Positions 26,542-36,637 of a stretch of 64,000 nt of DNA are shown here, piece after piece (position 1 is the first letter of the stretch; each line of letters begins with the position of its first letter). Source of the DNA: a virus (taxonomy: Duplodnaviria > Caudoviricetes). The stretch lies in IMG/VR virus record IMGVR_UViG_3300020450_001133. One strand, 5' to 3'. A model generated the notes under the pieces. The model ran no database searches and was not told the origin of the DNA. It saw only the letters and a list, made by a program, of their open reading frames with translations. The translations under genes and the position numbers were made by a program.

Positions 26542-27572
26542 AACTAAGTGACTTTAACGAATCATTCAAACACTATCAAGTAAAACACAAAAGAAGTGGT
26601 AAAGTCTATAAAGTGACTGCTATGCATGATAAGAGTGCAAAAGAAAAAGCCAGAGCACAACATGGTGGATCTGCATCACGATACACTGGGTCATCAATGG
26701 ATGATTTTGAAATTGTTGAAGGCATATTTACTAAACATAGTGATGATCCTATATCAGGTGGTGGACAATCAAGTCCAAGAAAACCAGTTCCTGTAGAAGG
26801 ACAAGTTATTACTTTAGATAATGAAAGATATAAAGTTATTAAAGTATCCAATGATAGAAAAACTTTTGATGTTGTAAATGTTAAAGATCCTAGTGAAAGT
26901 CATTTTGGAATTAAAGTTGACAAAAATCCGTTTTTCATAGAAGGCAGAAAGAAACAAGTTAAAGCAAATAGCAAAAAACCTAAATTAATAAAACCAAATA
27001 GAGGACATGAAAGTCCACATCCTTATCAAGGTAAACTAGTTGGTGAAGAAAAAAACAAAATGCCAAAGCAGTCTAATCCAGTTGCAAAACATTCAAGAAA
27101 TAAAAGTGGGGCAGGTGCTCACAAATCAATTAAAGACTACGATAGAAAAAAAGAAAAACAAGATTTAAAAAAGATGAACTTTGATGAAGCAGATTTTGTT
27201 GCATCAAAATCAGCAGTAATAGATTCTATTCTAAAAAAACTTAAAGATGAAGCACAAGAAGATGATAAATTGTTAAGACATTTAGCAAAACTTGTAAAGA
27301 AAGATGCTAAACCAAGATTTCATAACAAACCACAAGGGAGATTTACATTATCTCCTCTAGAAGAAGAAATGAAAAATGTTTGGGAAGTTCGTCAAATAAT
27401 GACAGAAGAAGAATTTGACGAAGCGGCAGGTAAGAAAGATGCCTGTTATCACAAAGTAAAATCCAGATATAAAGTTTGGCCCAGTGCTTACGCCAGTGGT
27501 GCATTAGTACAATGCAGAAAGAAAGGTGCGGCTAATTGGGGCAACTCTAAAAAGAAAAAGAAGAAAAAATAA
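26538..27572 (+). CDS. Mosaic late protein (candidate internal head polyprotein)
   Basis: Short modules separated by FNES/IVEG/FIEG/FDEA; basic C-terminal KDACYHKVK..WPSAYASGALVQCR module. Confidence 0.65.
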   Translation: MKLSDFNESFKHYQVKHKRSGKVYKVTAMHDKSAKEKARAQHGGSASRYTGSSMDDFEIVEGIFTKHSDDPISGGGQSSPRKPVPVEGQVITLDNERYKVIKVSNDRKTFDVVNVKDPSESHFGIKVDKNPFFIEGRKKQVKANSKKPKLIKPNRGHESPHPYQGKLVGEEKNKMPKQSNPVAKHSRNKSGAGAHKSIKDYDRKKEKQDLKKMNFDEADFVASKSAVIDSILKKLKDEAQEDDKLLRHLAKLVKKDAKPRFHNKPQGRFTLSPLEEEMKNVWEVRQIMTEEEFDEAAGKKDACYHKVKSRYKVWPSAYASGALVQCRKKGAANWGNSKKKKKKK

Positions 27573-28687
27573 TGCGTTTATTCGAAGTATATCAAGCAGA
27601 AGACAATGTCGTTAAAATGGCAGAGCCTGGCGCATATGATCCAAAGTTAAAGTTACCGCATGATGAAGTGGAAAGTGTCATTACTAGATGGATAAATCAA
27701 GATGACCACATTGAGTTAAGTAATGGTATGCATATTTTAAGTGGTGAGAATCACGGCTACAATGATAACGAAGCACTTGTTATAGACCAAGATTACAAAA
27801 TACTAGACCATGATTCAGACATAGTCGACTTAATGCAACAATTTACACCAATCGAAATAGACCAAAGCATTGTAGAAACAATAGTTGAAAAATGTTGGAA
27901 AGGATATCAAAAGAAAGGTATGAAAACAATGTTTGGCAAACGTGTACCCAACTGTGTCAAGAAAGAAGCAGTAGAAGAAGAAATAACATCAGGCGATAGA
28001 AATATTGCACTTATGTTGCCAAGAAACGAAATGAAAGTTCTTAAAGCAGAAGACAAAGATTACGACAGAGGACTACTAGTTAAATTGTTAGATGACGGTG
28101 GTTATGATATGGCATATTGGTATGAGAAACATGTACCATTTGAAGTAGAAGTATTAGTAGACGGTAAATCAATAAAGAAAGATGCTAAAGTTGTTACTAT
28201 GAAATTTCATCCTGAACTTGATGGCATGATGGACAAAGTTAATAAATTCAGAATGTATGACATAGAAGCAGACATGAAAGATTTAAGAGACAAAATTGAA
28301 ATGGCAAAACTAACTGAAACTTTAGAGTTTGGTCAAGATTTTAATGCTCTAATAAATGGCATTGAGGAAGGTCTAGCAGAAAGACAACTAGAATTAGAAA
28401 ATCTTCGTGCTTGGTTTGGCAAAGGCAAAAAAGGTGGTGCTGGTGGCGGAGGCTGGGACCGTTATAATACTAAAGGTGAAAGAATTGGTAAGTGTGGTGA
28501 CAGCAAAAAAGGTGAAGGTAAACCTAAATGTCTAAGCAAAAGCAGAGCCGCAAGTTTACGAGCCAAAGGTGGTAAAGCCGCCATTGGTGCCGCAGTTAGG
28601 AAGAAACGTAGAAATGATCCTAATAAAAACCGCAAAGGTAAGGCTAAAAACGTAAGTAACACTACAAAAAAATCTAAGAAGAAGTAA
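27572..28687 (+). CDS. Mosaic late protein (candidate internal head polyprotein)
   Basis: Acidic N-terminus, CWKGY..PNCV module, highly basic C-terminal module. Confidence 0.65.
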   Translation: MRLFEVYQAEDNVVKMAEPGAYDPKLKLPHDEVESVITRWINQDDHIELSNGMHILSGENHGYNDNEALVIDQDYKILDHDSDIVDLMQQFTPIEIDQSIVETIVEKCWKGYQKKGMKTMFGKRVPNCVKKEAVEEEITSGDRNIALMLPRNEMKVLKAEDKDYDRGLLVKLLDDGGYDMAYWYEKHVPFEVEVLVDGKSIKKDAKVVTMKFHPELDGMMDKVNKFRMYDIEADMKDLRDKIEMAKLTETLEFGQDFNALINGIEEGLAERQLELENLRAWFGKGKKGGAGGGGWDRYNTKGERIGKCGDSKKGEGKPKCLSKSRAASLRAKGGKAAIGAAVRKKRRNDPNKNRKGKAKNVSNTTKKSKKK

Positions 28688-28957
28688 ATGCATTGGCTAT
28701 TCATATTAACATTAAAAAGTATTCTTTCGAGTATTATCGGCAGTAGTTTTTATCAATGGTTTAAAAACACAAAGATGGGTGTATGGTTCCAAGTAAAAAT
28801 GGATAACTGTATGGAGTGGGTAGCAAAAAGATATGACATTGAAATTGCTAGTCGAGAGGAAAAATGGTTAGCACAATATCCATTACTTGCAAAAAGAATT
28901 GTCGATTTAGAAAAAGAAGTTGCAAAACTTAAGAAAGAAAGTAAACAGTTCAAATAA
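28688..28957 (+). CDS. Hypothetical protein with hydrophobic N-terminus
   Basis: 89 aa coupled ORF. Confidence 0.55.
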   Translation: MHWLFILTLKSILSSIIGSSFYQWFKNTKMGVWFQVKMDNCMEWVAKRYDIEIASREEKWLAQYPLLAKRIVDLEKEVAKLKKESKQFK

Positions 28958-29034
28958 TTCCTAATTAAAACTATTTTTAAATAAATACAAACATCAAAAC
29001 AACACTGATGTATGTGTTGTCACACCGAGGGGTA

Positions 29035-29193
29035 ATGGCTAGAGCGGCAAGAAAAGTATCGACAATAACACCTACAAGGAAAGCAAGTTCCATAGGAAAA
29101 GGTGGACGTGGTAGAAGAACAAAAATATCTACATCAACAATGAACAAGCACAAACGTCGTTCCCACAAGAGGTACAGAGGGCAAGGGAGATAG
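29035..29193 (+). CDS. Small highly basic protein (52 aa)
   Basis: MARAARK...NKHKRRSHKRYRGQGR; GAGGGG SD. Confidence 0.65.
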   Translation: MARAARKVSTITPTRKASSIGKGGRGRRTKISTSTMNKHKRRSHKRYRGQGR

Positions 29194-29195
29194 TT

Positions 29196-29441
29196 ATGCC
29201 AGTTAAATTTGGACCATCAGTTAAAAAATATGCTAAGGGTAGCCGTACTAAATGGCATTGGGAACACGATTACATCAGAGCAAAATCCACAGAATTCTTA
29301 TTCGAATACGTCAACAAAGAAAAAGGTTCATACAAACCTAAAACAAGAGTAAAATGCATTAAAGAACTACAACGTAGAGGCATAAATCTTGTGTGGGTAG
29401 AACGTAAAGACCAAGAAGACGAACTACAAGAAAACAAATAA
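29196..29441 (+). CDS. Small basic hypothetical protein
   Basis: 81 aa; GGAG SD. Confidence 0.55.
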   Translation: MPVKFGPSVKKYAKGSRTKWHWEHDYIRAKSTEFLFEYVNKEKGSYKPKTRVKCIKELQRRGINLVWVERKDQEDELQENK

Positions 29442-29468
29442 ATCTGCTAAAAGTGATAAATAGTTTAT

Positions 29469-31379
29469 ATGAAACTATTCGATTTTACAGCAGATAAAAA
29501 CAAACTCTCATCACAAATCACAGAAAGCATTTCTGTAAACGAAGAAGAGTCTGTAAATGAATCACTCCAAGCATTAGCAAAACATGTTAAAGAAGGTACT
29601 GCACTATGTGATAGTCCTTTTAGACATGGCAGTAAAGCATACATCGAAACATTCCAACTAGCAAAAAAATTACGTGAAGCAGGATCTTTACCTGAACTTG
29701 ATTGGGAAAGTGAAGAAATGCTTGCCACAGACATAGGCGAACAAGTAACACTTAAAGGTGGTAAAAAAGTTTGGCTAGATATTCCTTACTTAAATGAAGA
29801 AGAAGATGAAGGAATGATTGGTGAACCAGATGATTACTATGATGCTGAAGAAAGAACTGAAGCATACGATGAATTACAAGATGCACTACAAGGCAATTAC
29901 ATGGACGACTATATCAAAGATGGTGTATGTCCAGCCTGTGGTGGAAATGGGTACATGGACGGTGAAGAAGAAATGTACAACGATGAAACAGATGAATACG
30001 AAGAAGGCTTAGAATGTGATGGCTTTGGAAAATATGGCTGTGACGAAGGTGAAATGACTTATGGTAGTGATGGTCCAAGTTGGGTAGAAATTATCAAACA
30101 TGATAAAGGTAATGCAGAAAGACAAAAATCCAGAGACGAATATCCAGGTGACGAAGAGGTAATTAAACAAGTTGCTAGTTATATGAAACGAATGGATGAT
30201 CCAAGACAAGCATATCAACAAATGCAGGCAGACTTCCCACACATGGGCAGAGGACAACGAAGTGAAATATTAGGTAAAGCATCTAAAATGGCATTTGGAG
30301 AAAATATAAACGAAGGCGAAGAAAGAAGTATTATACAAGATGCAGTAGTGGATCATTTAATAGATACATTTGGTGGTGAAAATTGGATGATATTTGCTGA
30401 TACTAGAGAACAACTAGAATCAAGAATGTATGATGAGATTGAAACATTAAGTGTCGATGAAGTAGTAGATCCAGAAATGGAAGTAGGTGGACAACCAATT
30501 GGTAACTTTGCTAGTGGTAGAGTACTAGATGTTATAGATAGCAGTAGTGCTATTGAAAGTGCGATGCAATATGTAGAAGGATTAGACGAAGGTATGATGG
30601 ATTTAGATGATTTACCAATGATTAAATCATACAACACACCAGAAGAAAATGCAGTAGGAAAAATACTTGGTAGAGCATTAATGAAAAAGGATTGGGCAAA
30701 ATATTCACCACAAGAATTATTTGCAGAATTAGAAAGTGAGAATCCAGAGTTAGCAGACGACATTGCCAAGGTTGCAAAAATTGTTTACAATGTAAAATTA
30801 GAAGAAAGAGCATTTAAAGATGTTGGTGTAGCAGATGTTGTAAAAGATACACGTGGTAAAGAATTCAAGTTTAATAAAGACAGCAAAATGTTCAAAGCAA
30901 TAGACGGCAGTGAAGAAGCAGACGTTAAAACTAAATTAGGTAAAGACTTGATGAGACGTAGACGTAATGCAATGAAAAGAACATCACCAAGTTATCCAAA
31001 GAACAAAAAAATGATGGACGGTAAAAGTCCACATAAAAAAGGTACAAAGAAATATAAAAAACACATGGCGGCTATACATGCCGGTGAAAGTGTTACCAAC
31101 GAAGCAGAATATCAAGGCAAAAAAGTAGAACTTAACAAACCAAAAAGAGGCGGTAGTAAAAAATATTATGTTTATGTAAAAAATCCTAAAACTGATAGAG
31201 TTAAAAAAATTAGTTTTGGAGATGTTACAGGACTTAAAACTAAGGCAGGTAATAAGAAAAGAGCAAAATCATTTGCCGCAAGACATAATTGCGAAAAGAA
31301 AAACGACAAAATGAAGGCAGGTTATTGGGCATGTCGTTTACCAAGATACGGTTTAGTTAAAGGTGGCAAGTGGTGGTAG
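29469..31379 (+). CDS. Large mosaic late protein (candidate internal head polyprotein)
   Basis: Modules bounded by VNES/INEG/LDEG/TNEA; CPACGGNG Zn-finger repeat; basic C-terminal module (SFAARHNC..AGYWAC). Confidence 0.7.
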   Translation: MKLFDFTADKNKLSSQITESISVNEEESVNESLQALAKHVKEGTALCDSPFRHGSKAYIETFQLAKKLREAGSLPELDWESEEMLATDIGEQVTLKGGKKVWLDIPYLNEEEDEGMIGEPDDYYDAEERTEAYDELQDALQGNYMDDYIKDGVCPACGGNGYMDGEEEMYNDETDEYEEGLECDGFGKYGCDEGEMTYGSDGPSWVEIIKHDKGNAERQKSRDEYPGDEEVIKQVASYMKRMDDPRQAYQQMQADFPHMGRGQRSEILGKASKMAFGENINEGEERSIIQDAVVDHLIDTFGGENWMIFADTREQLESRMYDEIETLSVDEVVDPEMEVGGQPIGNFASGRVLDVIDSSSAIESAMQYVEGLDEGMMDLDDLPMIKSYNTPEENAVGKILGRALMKKDWAKYSPQELFAELESENPELADDIAKVAKIVYNVKLEERAFKDVGVADVVKDTRGKEFKFNKDSKMFKAIDGSEEADVKTKLGKDLMRRRRNAMKRTSPSYPKNKKMMDGKSPHKKGTKKYKKHMAAIHAGESVTNEAEYQGKKVELNKPKRGGSKKYYVYVKNPKTDRVKKISFGDVTGLKTKAGNKKRAKSFAARHNCEKKNDKMKAGYWACRLPRYGLVKGGKWW

Positions 31380-31382
31380 GCT

Positions 31383-31652
31383 ATGAGTGGACCCTATACT
31401 CAAACCAATCTAACTGAAAATACATTTGAAAGAGTATTTGACTTATCAGTAGACAATGAAGAACTTGTTTGGCACAGAGATAGAAGAACAAGATTTGTAA
31501 AAGTATTAGAAGGCGTTGGTTGGAAATTTCAATTTGACAACGAACTACCAAAAGAAATAGGCCCAGGTTCCACTATACATATCAACAAAAGATGTTATCA
31601 TAGACTTATCAAAGGTTCAACACCATTAAAGGTTAGAATTGTAGAACTATGA
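31383..31652 (+). CDS. Small cupin-like protein
   Basis: ELVWHRD...GWKFQFDNELP...YHRLIKG. Confidence 0.65.
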   Translation: MSGPYTQTNLTENTFERVFDLSVDNEELVWHRDRRTRFVKVLEGVGWKFQFDNELPKEIGPGSTIHINKRCYHRLIKGSTPLKVRIVEL

Positions 31653-33433
31653 AAAAAGCAGTAATATATCCAGGAAGATTTCAACCTATGCTACCTCATC
31701 ATGAGATAGTGTACAAAAAACTGCAGGCAGAATTTCCTGATGCAGATGTATATATTGCAACATCAGACAAAGTAGAAGGCAGTAAAAGTCCTTTCAATTT
31801 TAAAGAAAAAGCAGAAATAATGGCACAAATGTTTGATATTCCTGTGGATAAAATTATACTTGCACCTCAACCTTACCTAATAGATTCATATAAAACTAAA
31901 TTAGATATGGAAAATACTTTGGTTATATTTGCAGTAGGGGAAAAGGATACAGACCGTTTTCCAATGAATAATGTGGACGAAAAGACAGGTTTAGACATGA
32001 CTGTACGTGGAGAATCACGTCCAAAGTACTATCAGATGATAAATACATTAGAGCAACATCCTGCTTTACCAATGAGTGAAAGAGGATACATTCATATAGC
32101 ACCAACTGTAAAAGGTGGTGATGAAGTTGCAAGTGCAAGTGCTTTTAGAAAAGCATTCACAAGTGTTGAAGACATTGAAAAGAGAAAAGAGATATTCCAA
32201 AAGTATTTGGGTTCTTATAACGAAAAAGTATTTAAACTTTTCAATAACAAATTAATAGGTGAACAAATGAGCGAAATGATAGATATAATGAAATATTTAG
32301 CAGGTTTAACTGAAGCCGCTCCTATTCAATACGGAGATTTAGATGTTGATACAGGAATGAAGGACAGTGATGAAGATGACTATGCTACAAAACCAGGCTA
32401 TGAACAAGATAGCATGATTAATCAATTAGGCAAAATAATTGATAGTGAAGAAGCAGGTAAAGATGCTGAAGATATGAAGATTAAAAACTTCAAACCAGTT
32501 ACAAGTGTTAAAACTGATGACGGCAAAGACATTGATATAAGTCCAGAAGAAGCAAAAGCACTGAAGAAAATGATGGACATGCTACCTAGTAATAGAGGTG
32601 GCGAAGAACAATCACCTAGAGAAAAGTATTTAGATGCAATCCAAAACTCCGAAGGATTAGCAAACATGTTAGATTTCGCAAAAAGTAAAAACCTAGTAGA
32701 TGAAGATATTGAAAAAATTGAAATGCCAACTATAGACTTATCTGACATAAAATCAGATTATAGTGTGGACGTAGAAGAAGACGAGGATGAAGATTATGAA
32801 CTTCCTATGGGTCCTACACCAAGTGAAATGGACGATGAGGAACTTATGGATTATGTAGGTCAAAAAGAAGAAGATTTAGTTGATGACATACAAGACTACA
32901 TATCACCAGACTTTTTGCACAAAGACAACTATGATGAAATGTTTATGAAGTACAGGGAAGAAGTATTAGAACCTGCCGCTGATGAAATGAACAGAGACCA
33001 TGCAATGGACAGTATGGCTGGAGAGTCAATTGATGAAGGCAGATTAAAAGATGTAATCATAGATGCTTTACAGATGACTAAAGAAGAATTTGATGATGAA
33101 TACAAAGGTATGTTTGATTACGATGACCTAAACAAACAGTACAATGAAGAACATCCAGAATATGTTCCTTCAGATGCATACGAAAGTGAAATGGCAGAAA
33201 TGAAAAAACTAGCAGGTTTACCTGAAAGAGCTATAAATCATGATGACTTCATGAAGTCGTTATCTAATAAAGAAAAAGAAGAGTATTATAAACGTGAGGC
33301 TGATCCAGACAGTTTAACAGGTTCACCAGCGAAAGTATTTAAAAATTTAGTTAAGCAAGAAATAGGCAGACCTCTTGCAAAAGCAGGAAAAGATATGCAT
33401 GATAAAATCAAATCTGCATTAGGGAGCAAGTAA
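31649..33433 (+). CDS. HIGH-superfamily nucleotidyltransferase-like domain fused to acidic modules
   Basis: IYPGRFQPMLPHH, SPFNFKEK, FAVGEKD, SASAFR; then D/E-rich modules with two LAGL motifs. Confidence 0.7.
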   Translation: MKKAVIYPGRFQPMLPHHEIVYKKLQAEFPDADVYIATSDKVEGSKSPFNFKEKAEIMAQMFDIPVDKIILAPQPYLIDSYKTKLDMENTLVIFAVGEKDTDRFPMNNVDEKTGLDMTVRGESRPKYYQMINTLEQHPALPMSERGYIHIAPTVKGGDEVASASAFRKAFTSVEDIEKRKEIFQKYLGSYNEKVFKLFNNKLIGEQMSEMIDIMKYLAGLTEAAPIQYGDLDVDTGMKDSDEDDYATKPGYEQDSMINQLGKIIDSEEAGKDAEDMKIKNFKPVTSVKTDDGKDIDISPEEAKALKKMMDMLPSNRGGEEQSPREKYLDAIQNSEGLANMLDFAKSKNLVDEDIEKIEMPTIDLSDIKSDYSVDVEEDEDEDYELPMGPTPSEMDDEELMDYVGQKEEDLVDDIQDYISPDFLHKDNYDEMFMKYREEVLEPAADEMNRDHAMDSMAGESIDEGRLKDVIIDALQMTKEEFDDEYKGMFDYDDLNKQYNEEHPEYVPSDAYESEMAEMKKLAGLPERAINHDDFMKSLSNKEKEEYYKREADPDSLTGSPAKVFKNLVKQEIGRPLAKAGKDMHDKIKSALGSK

Positions 33434-33434
33434 A

Positions 33435-34205
33435 ATGCCTAAAGACGATAACGTTCTAGATTTTAAAACTGCTGGCATGAAACGTGCTGGTGCAAGAGAT
33501 GACGCACAATCCAAAGGCAAACAATTTGGTATTGGAAACTTCTTTGCTTGGGCAATGGAAAAATATCCTAAAATGACATTGGGACAACTAGAAGCAAGAA
33601 TGCCTAGTTTAGAAAGAGAATACGGACAAGAAAAAACTATGAGAAGGCAAGAGCCTGATAGAGTTCCTACAGTAAGTTCAGCATTTGATGACGAAGAAGA
33701 AAGAAACAAAGCAAAAGGTATAGAAACACCAGATGCTTTTGAAGGCACAAAAGATCCAATAAGTAAAGGCGACTGTGAACCATGTGATGGAACAGGCATG
33801 GACGACAAAGGCGATGCATGTAAAGTATGTGACGGAGATGGAGAAGATCCAGGTTTCGGTGGTACTAAAGCATACGAAGATTTAAACAGAATTAGAAAAC
33901 TAGCAGGACTTCCAATGATGGAAGAAGAAGGTTCTGTTACTAAAATAGCAATAGGACATGTTGATGACGAAGCAGACATGTTAAGAAAAGAACTATACAA
34001 AATTGGAAAGTATAGTGTAGAATTATACAAAATGTTAGGTCAACTACCTAACGGAGATTTCCCACATTGGTGGCAAGGCAAAGTAATTAAAGCAGGAGAA
34101 TACATTGGTTCTGCCAAACATTACTTAGAAGGTGAACTATTTGCACCTGAAGAAGATTCACCAATGCCAGATGACAAAGACGACCTAAATCCTTCAGGCG
34201 TATAA
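33435..34205 (+). CDS. Mosaic late protein with DnaJ-type CxxCxGxG repeats
   Basis: CEPCDGTG..CKVCDGDG; RIRKLAGL. Confidence 0.6.
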   Translation: MPKDDNVLDFKTAGMKRAGARDDAQSKGKQFGIGNFFAWAMEKYPKMTLGQLEARMPSLEREYGQEKTMRRQEPDRVPTVSSAFDDEEERNKAKGIETPDAFEGTKDPISKGDCEPCDGTGMDDKGDACKVCDGDGEDPGFGGTKAYEDLNRIRKLAGLPMMEEEGSVTKIAIGHVDDEADMLRKELYKIGKYSVELYKMLGQLPNGDFPHWWQGKVIKAGEYIGSAKHYLEGELFAPEEDSPMPDDKDDLNPSGV

Positions 34206-34251
34206 AAAAATCATAATAAATACTGTTATAATTACATAACAGGAATATTTT

Positions 34252-35004
34252 ATGACAATCGAAGCATACATACCTAAACATGCATATTTTTCAACTTCTT
34301 TGAATCCAACTAATATTGGATTAGAAAAATATGAAGATGCAAAAGTTTTAGAATTATATGGAAATGCTGGAACACTTTTAAATGATCCAGAAAATAAAGT
34401 AAAAGAAGAAAACTATACTGTATTTGATAGTGACCAAGAAGCAATAGACCAAGGTAAAGAAGACTTTCCTAATGCTGATTTCAGAATGTGGAATAGACAC
34501 AATCAAATGAATCATCCAAGTGGTAACGTAGATGAGCCTATGCCTTTTGAAGAAGGTGAAATGTTTGATTGCATTTTTTCATATATGAAAACTGCTAATG
34601 TAGATCCAGAAATATTAATGGCTGATTTACAAACCTGTTATTCACATCTTAATCCAGGCGGTGCAATAGTGTTTGGATCTTTTATCAGAGAAGTAGCATT
34701 AAACTATTTTGTTGTAAGACGTACACATGAATACGGTATGTTAGATGCTTCACTGGTAGAAAACACAGAAAACAGTGATGTGTTCTGCTTAATTAACAAT
34801 GATGATATTAGAGTTGATGTAGACAGAGTTCCTACATCAGGAGATGATGCAGTTCTTGAAGCAACACACTTTACATGGTTTTGGAATAATGATTCTTTAG
34901 TAGCAAGACTAAAACTTGCATTTCCAGATGCAACAATACACACTAGAAGACTTCCACCTATGTGGACATTACAGAATCCTTTTGTAATTGAAAAACCTGA
35001 ATAA
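34252..35004 (+). CDS. Methyltransferase-fold protein (divergent)
   Basis: KVLELYGNAG, FDCIFSY, HLNPGGAIVF. Confidence 0.5.
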   Translation: MTIEAYIPKHAYFSTSLNPTNIGLEKYEDAKVLELYGNAGTLLNDPENKVKEENYTVFDSDQEAIDQGKEDFPNADFRMWNRHNQMNHPSGNVDEPMPFEEGEMFDCIFSYMKTANVDPEILMADLQTCYSHLNPGGAIVFGSFIREVALNYFVVRRTHEYGMLDASLVENTENSDVFCLINNDDIRVDVDRVPTSGDDAVLEATHFTWFWNNDSLVARLKLAFPDATIHTRRLPPMWTLQNPFVIEKPE

Positions 35005-35697
35005 TTAAACGAATTGTTTTGTATTGCTAAGACTAGCAATTAAGTGTATTCTTTCCGTATCACTATAATTAGTAGCACAATGTATCTTACTTGTATTAAG
35101 TAAGTAACTGCTACCTGCTTTAAAGTGTGCAATTTCTAAAGGTATAATTTCCCCTTCATCTTTTGGTGTGCCGAAGTTATCGGGCCAATTAAGTAAAAAA
35201 CATCTACTATTTGTTACAACAGGAAAATGTAATCTCCAATCTAAAATTGCCCCACCACTATTAAGTGTTTGCATTAATGGACTGCCGTCCTTGTGTATGC
35301 TTAAAGTTGTTCTAGGAGGCAAAATACTAATACGCCATCTGTACACATCACTAAAACTTTTAACAAATTCTTCTAAATACAATCCTTGTATTTGTTTTAT
35401 AGGATGTATAAATTTAGTTTCATCTATCATTTCGTTTGAGTCATCGCCAATTTGTGTTGCAAGTACTCCTTGTTTACCTTGTGCTTCAGTTTTGTTTACA
35501 TAAGTTTTACCAGCAATACCGTCTGTCCATTCATCACTGTCTGGTTTAGAAGTTGTAATACAAATATTTCGGTATGCTAGAGCCTCATATTGCGTTCCTA
35601 CTGCTTGTTCTTTGATAGTATGATATACATGATTCACATCATTACGCAACTTCATGTAATCAAAGTCTACATTTATTTTTTTAAATACTTCTATCAT
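35005..35697 (-). CDS. Fe(II)/2OG oxygenase (Asp/Asn beta-hydroxylase-like)
   Basis: RISILPP..SIHKD..RLHFPVVTN..LLNTSKIHCATN..ERIHL (HxD...H...R). Confidence 0.78.
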   Translation of the reverse strand: MIEVFKKINVDFDYMKLRNDVNHVYHTIKEQAVGTQYEALAYRNICITTSKPDSDEWTDGIAGKTYVNKTEAQGKQGVLATQIGDDSNEMIDETKFIHPIKQIQGLYLEEFVKSFSDVYRWRISILPPRTTLSIHKDGSPLMQTLNSGGAILDWRLHFPVVTNSRCFLLNWPDNFGTPKDEGEIIPLEIAHFKAGSSYLLNTSKIHCATNYSDTERIHLIASLSNTKQFV

Positions 35698-36637
35698 TCT
35701 TTAATCCGCAAAAACTACAATTTTTATGTACTGGTGTATATACTATATATCCTCTTACCGGACAACGGTGTGCCCAAAATGAAGGACTTGGGACAGAATT
35801 ACTCACTAACTCCTCAGCCATAATCCCCCAAAACTTTCCTGCTTTTGGTCCTTTATTTTTCTTACCATCGCTTTCTCCTGGTATCTTTACCCACAAAAAA
35901 GCATCACATTTTTCTACTTTTGTATCACATGTTGGTTTAATACCTAATGCTCTGCCAGGTGGATTACACCATTCGTTGCCCAACGGACCATTACCATTTC
36001 TACTTGTATCAATAACAAAACAGTCATTAGGTCTATGCTCACATACTTTTAAACTCCATTCCATGGATTCATCTGTGCTTCTGTAGTTGCTTACATTTAC
36101 CGCAAATCCTCTTACTTTGTCGTTGTTTACAAAGTTTAAAAGTTCTGCCGCTTCTTTAGGACTTAACCAATTACTATGACCTATATCAGTGTAAATGTAT
36201 GCATCGCTTTCTTCTGTAAGTATTTCTAAACCTTCTTTGATTAAATTTAATCTAAAGTCAGCATCTTGTTTATCCATTTGTGTTGTATGAGGTAATGCAT
36301 CTGGTTCAAATATTATTATAGGTTTATGGCCCTTTATACCCTCACAGAACTCGTGTAAGAACAATAAGTATTCAGTTGCACCTTTGGCACCACCTTTACT
36401 GTAATGACCCATATCTCTATTGGGTAAATTGTATATCACAAAATAAGGTAAGTTTGGTGCAGTTCTTTTAAGGAATCTTTTAAGACTATGCTCTAGTTTC
36501 TTTATAGATTTACCTTTTTTAGAACCATACCAAAATGCTACTGGTTGTTCAAATATTTTACTAGATAAGGGAAAGTTTATTCTGTGGTCTTTGACTCTGT
36601 CAAAATCATTTACCCAGAAAGGATAATCAAGTGCCAT
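35681..36637 (-). CDS. Glycoside hydrolase family 6 (cellulase-like)
   Basis: YNLPNRD, FEPDAL, GFAVNVSNY, IDTSRNG, WCNPPGRALG, FLWVKIPGESDG. Confidence 0.9.
   Translation of the reverse strand: MALDYPFWVNDFDRVKDHRINFPLSSKIFEQPVAFWYGSKKGKSIKKLEHSLKRFLKRTAPNLPYFVIYNLPNRDMGHYSKGGAKGATEYLLFLHEFCEGIKGHKPIIIFEPDALPHTTQMDKQDADFRLNLIKEGLEILTEESDAYIYTDIGHSNWLSPKEAAELLNFVNNDKVRGFAVNVSNYRSTDESMEWSLKVCEHRPNDCFVIDTSRNGNGPLGNEWCNPPGRALGIKPTCDTKVEKCDAFLWVKIPGESDGKKNKGPKAGKFWGIMAEELVSNSVPSPSFWAHRCPVRGYIVYTPVHKNCSFCGLKNDRSI

Noticed and set aside
35681-35810. Programmed frameshift or readthrough explaining the GH6 C-terminal tail
   Set aside because: The tail is in frame with no internal stop or slippery site; a simple fusion or extension explains it.
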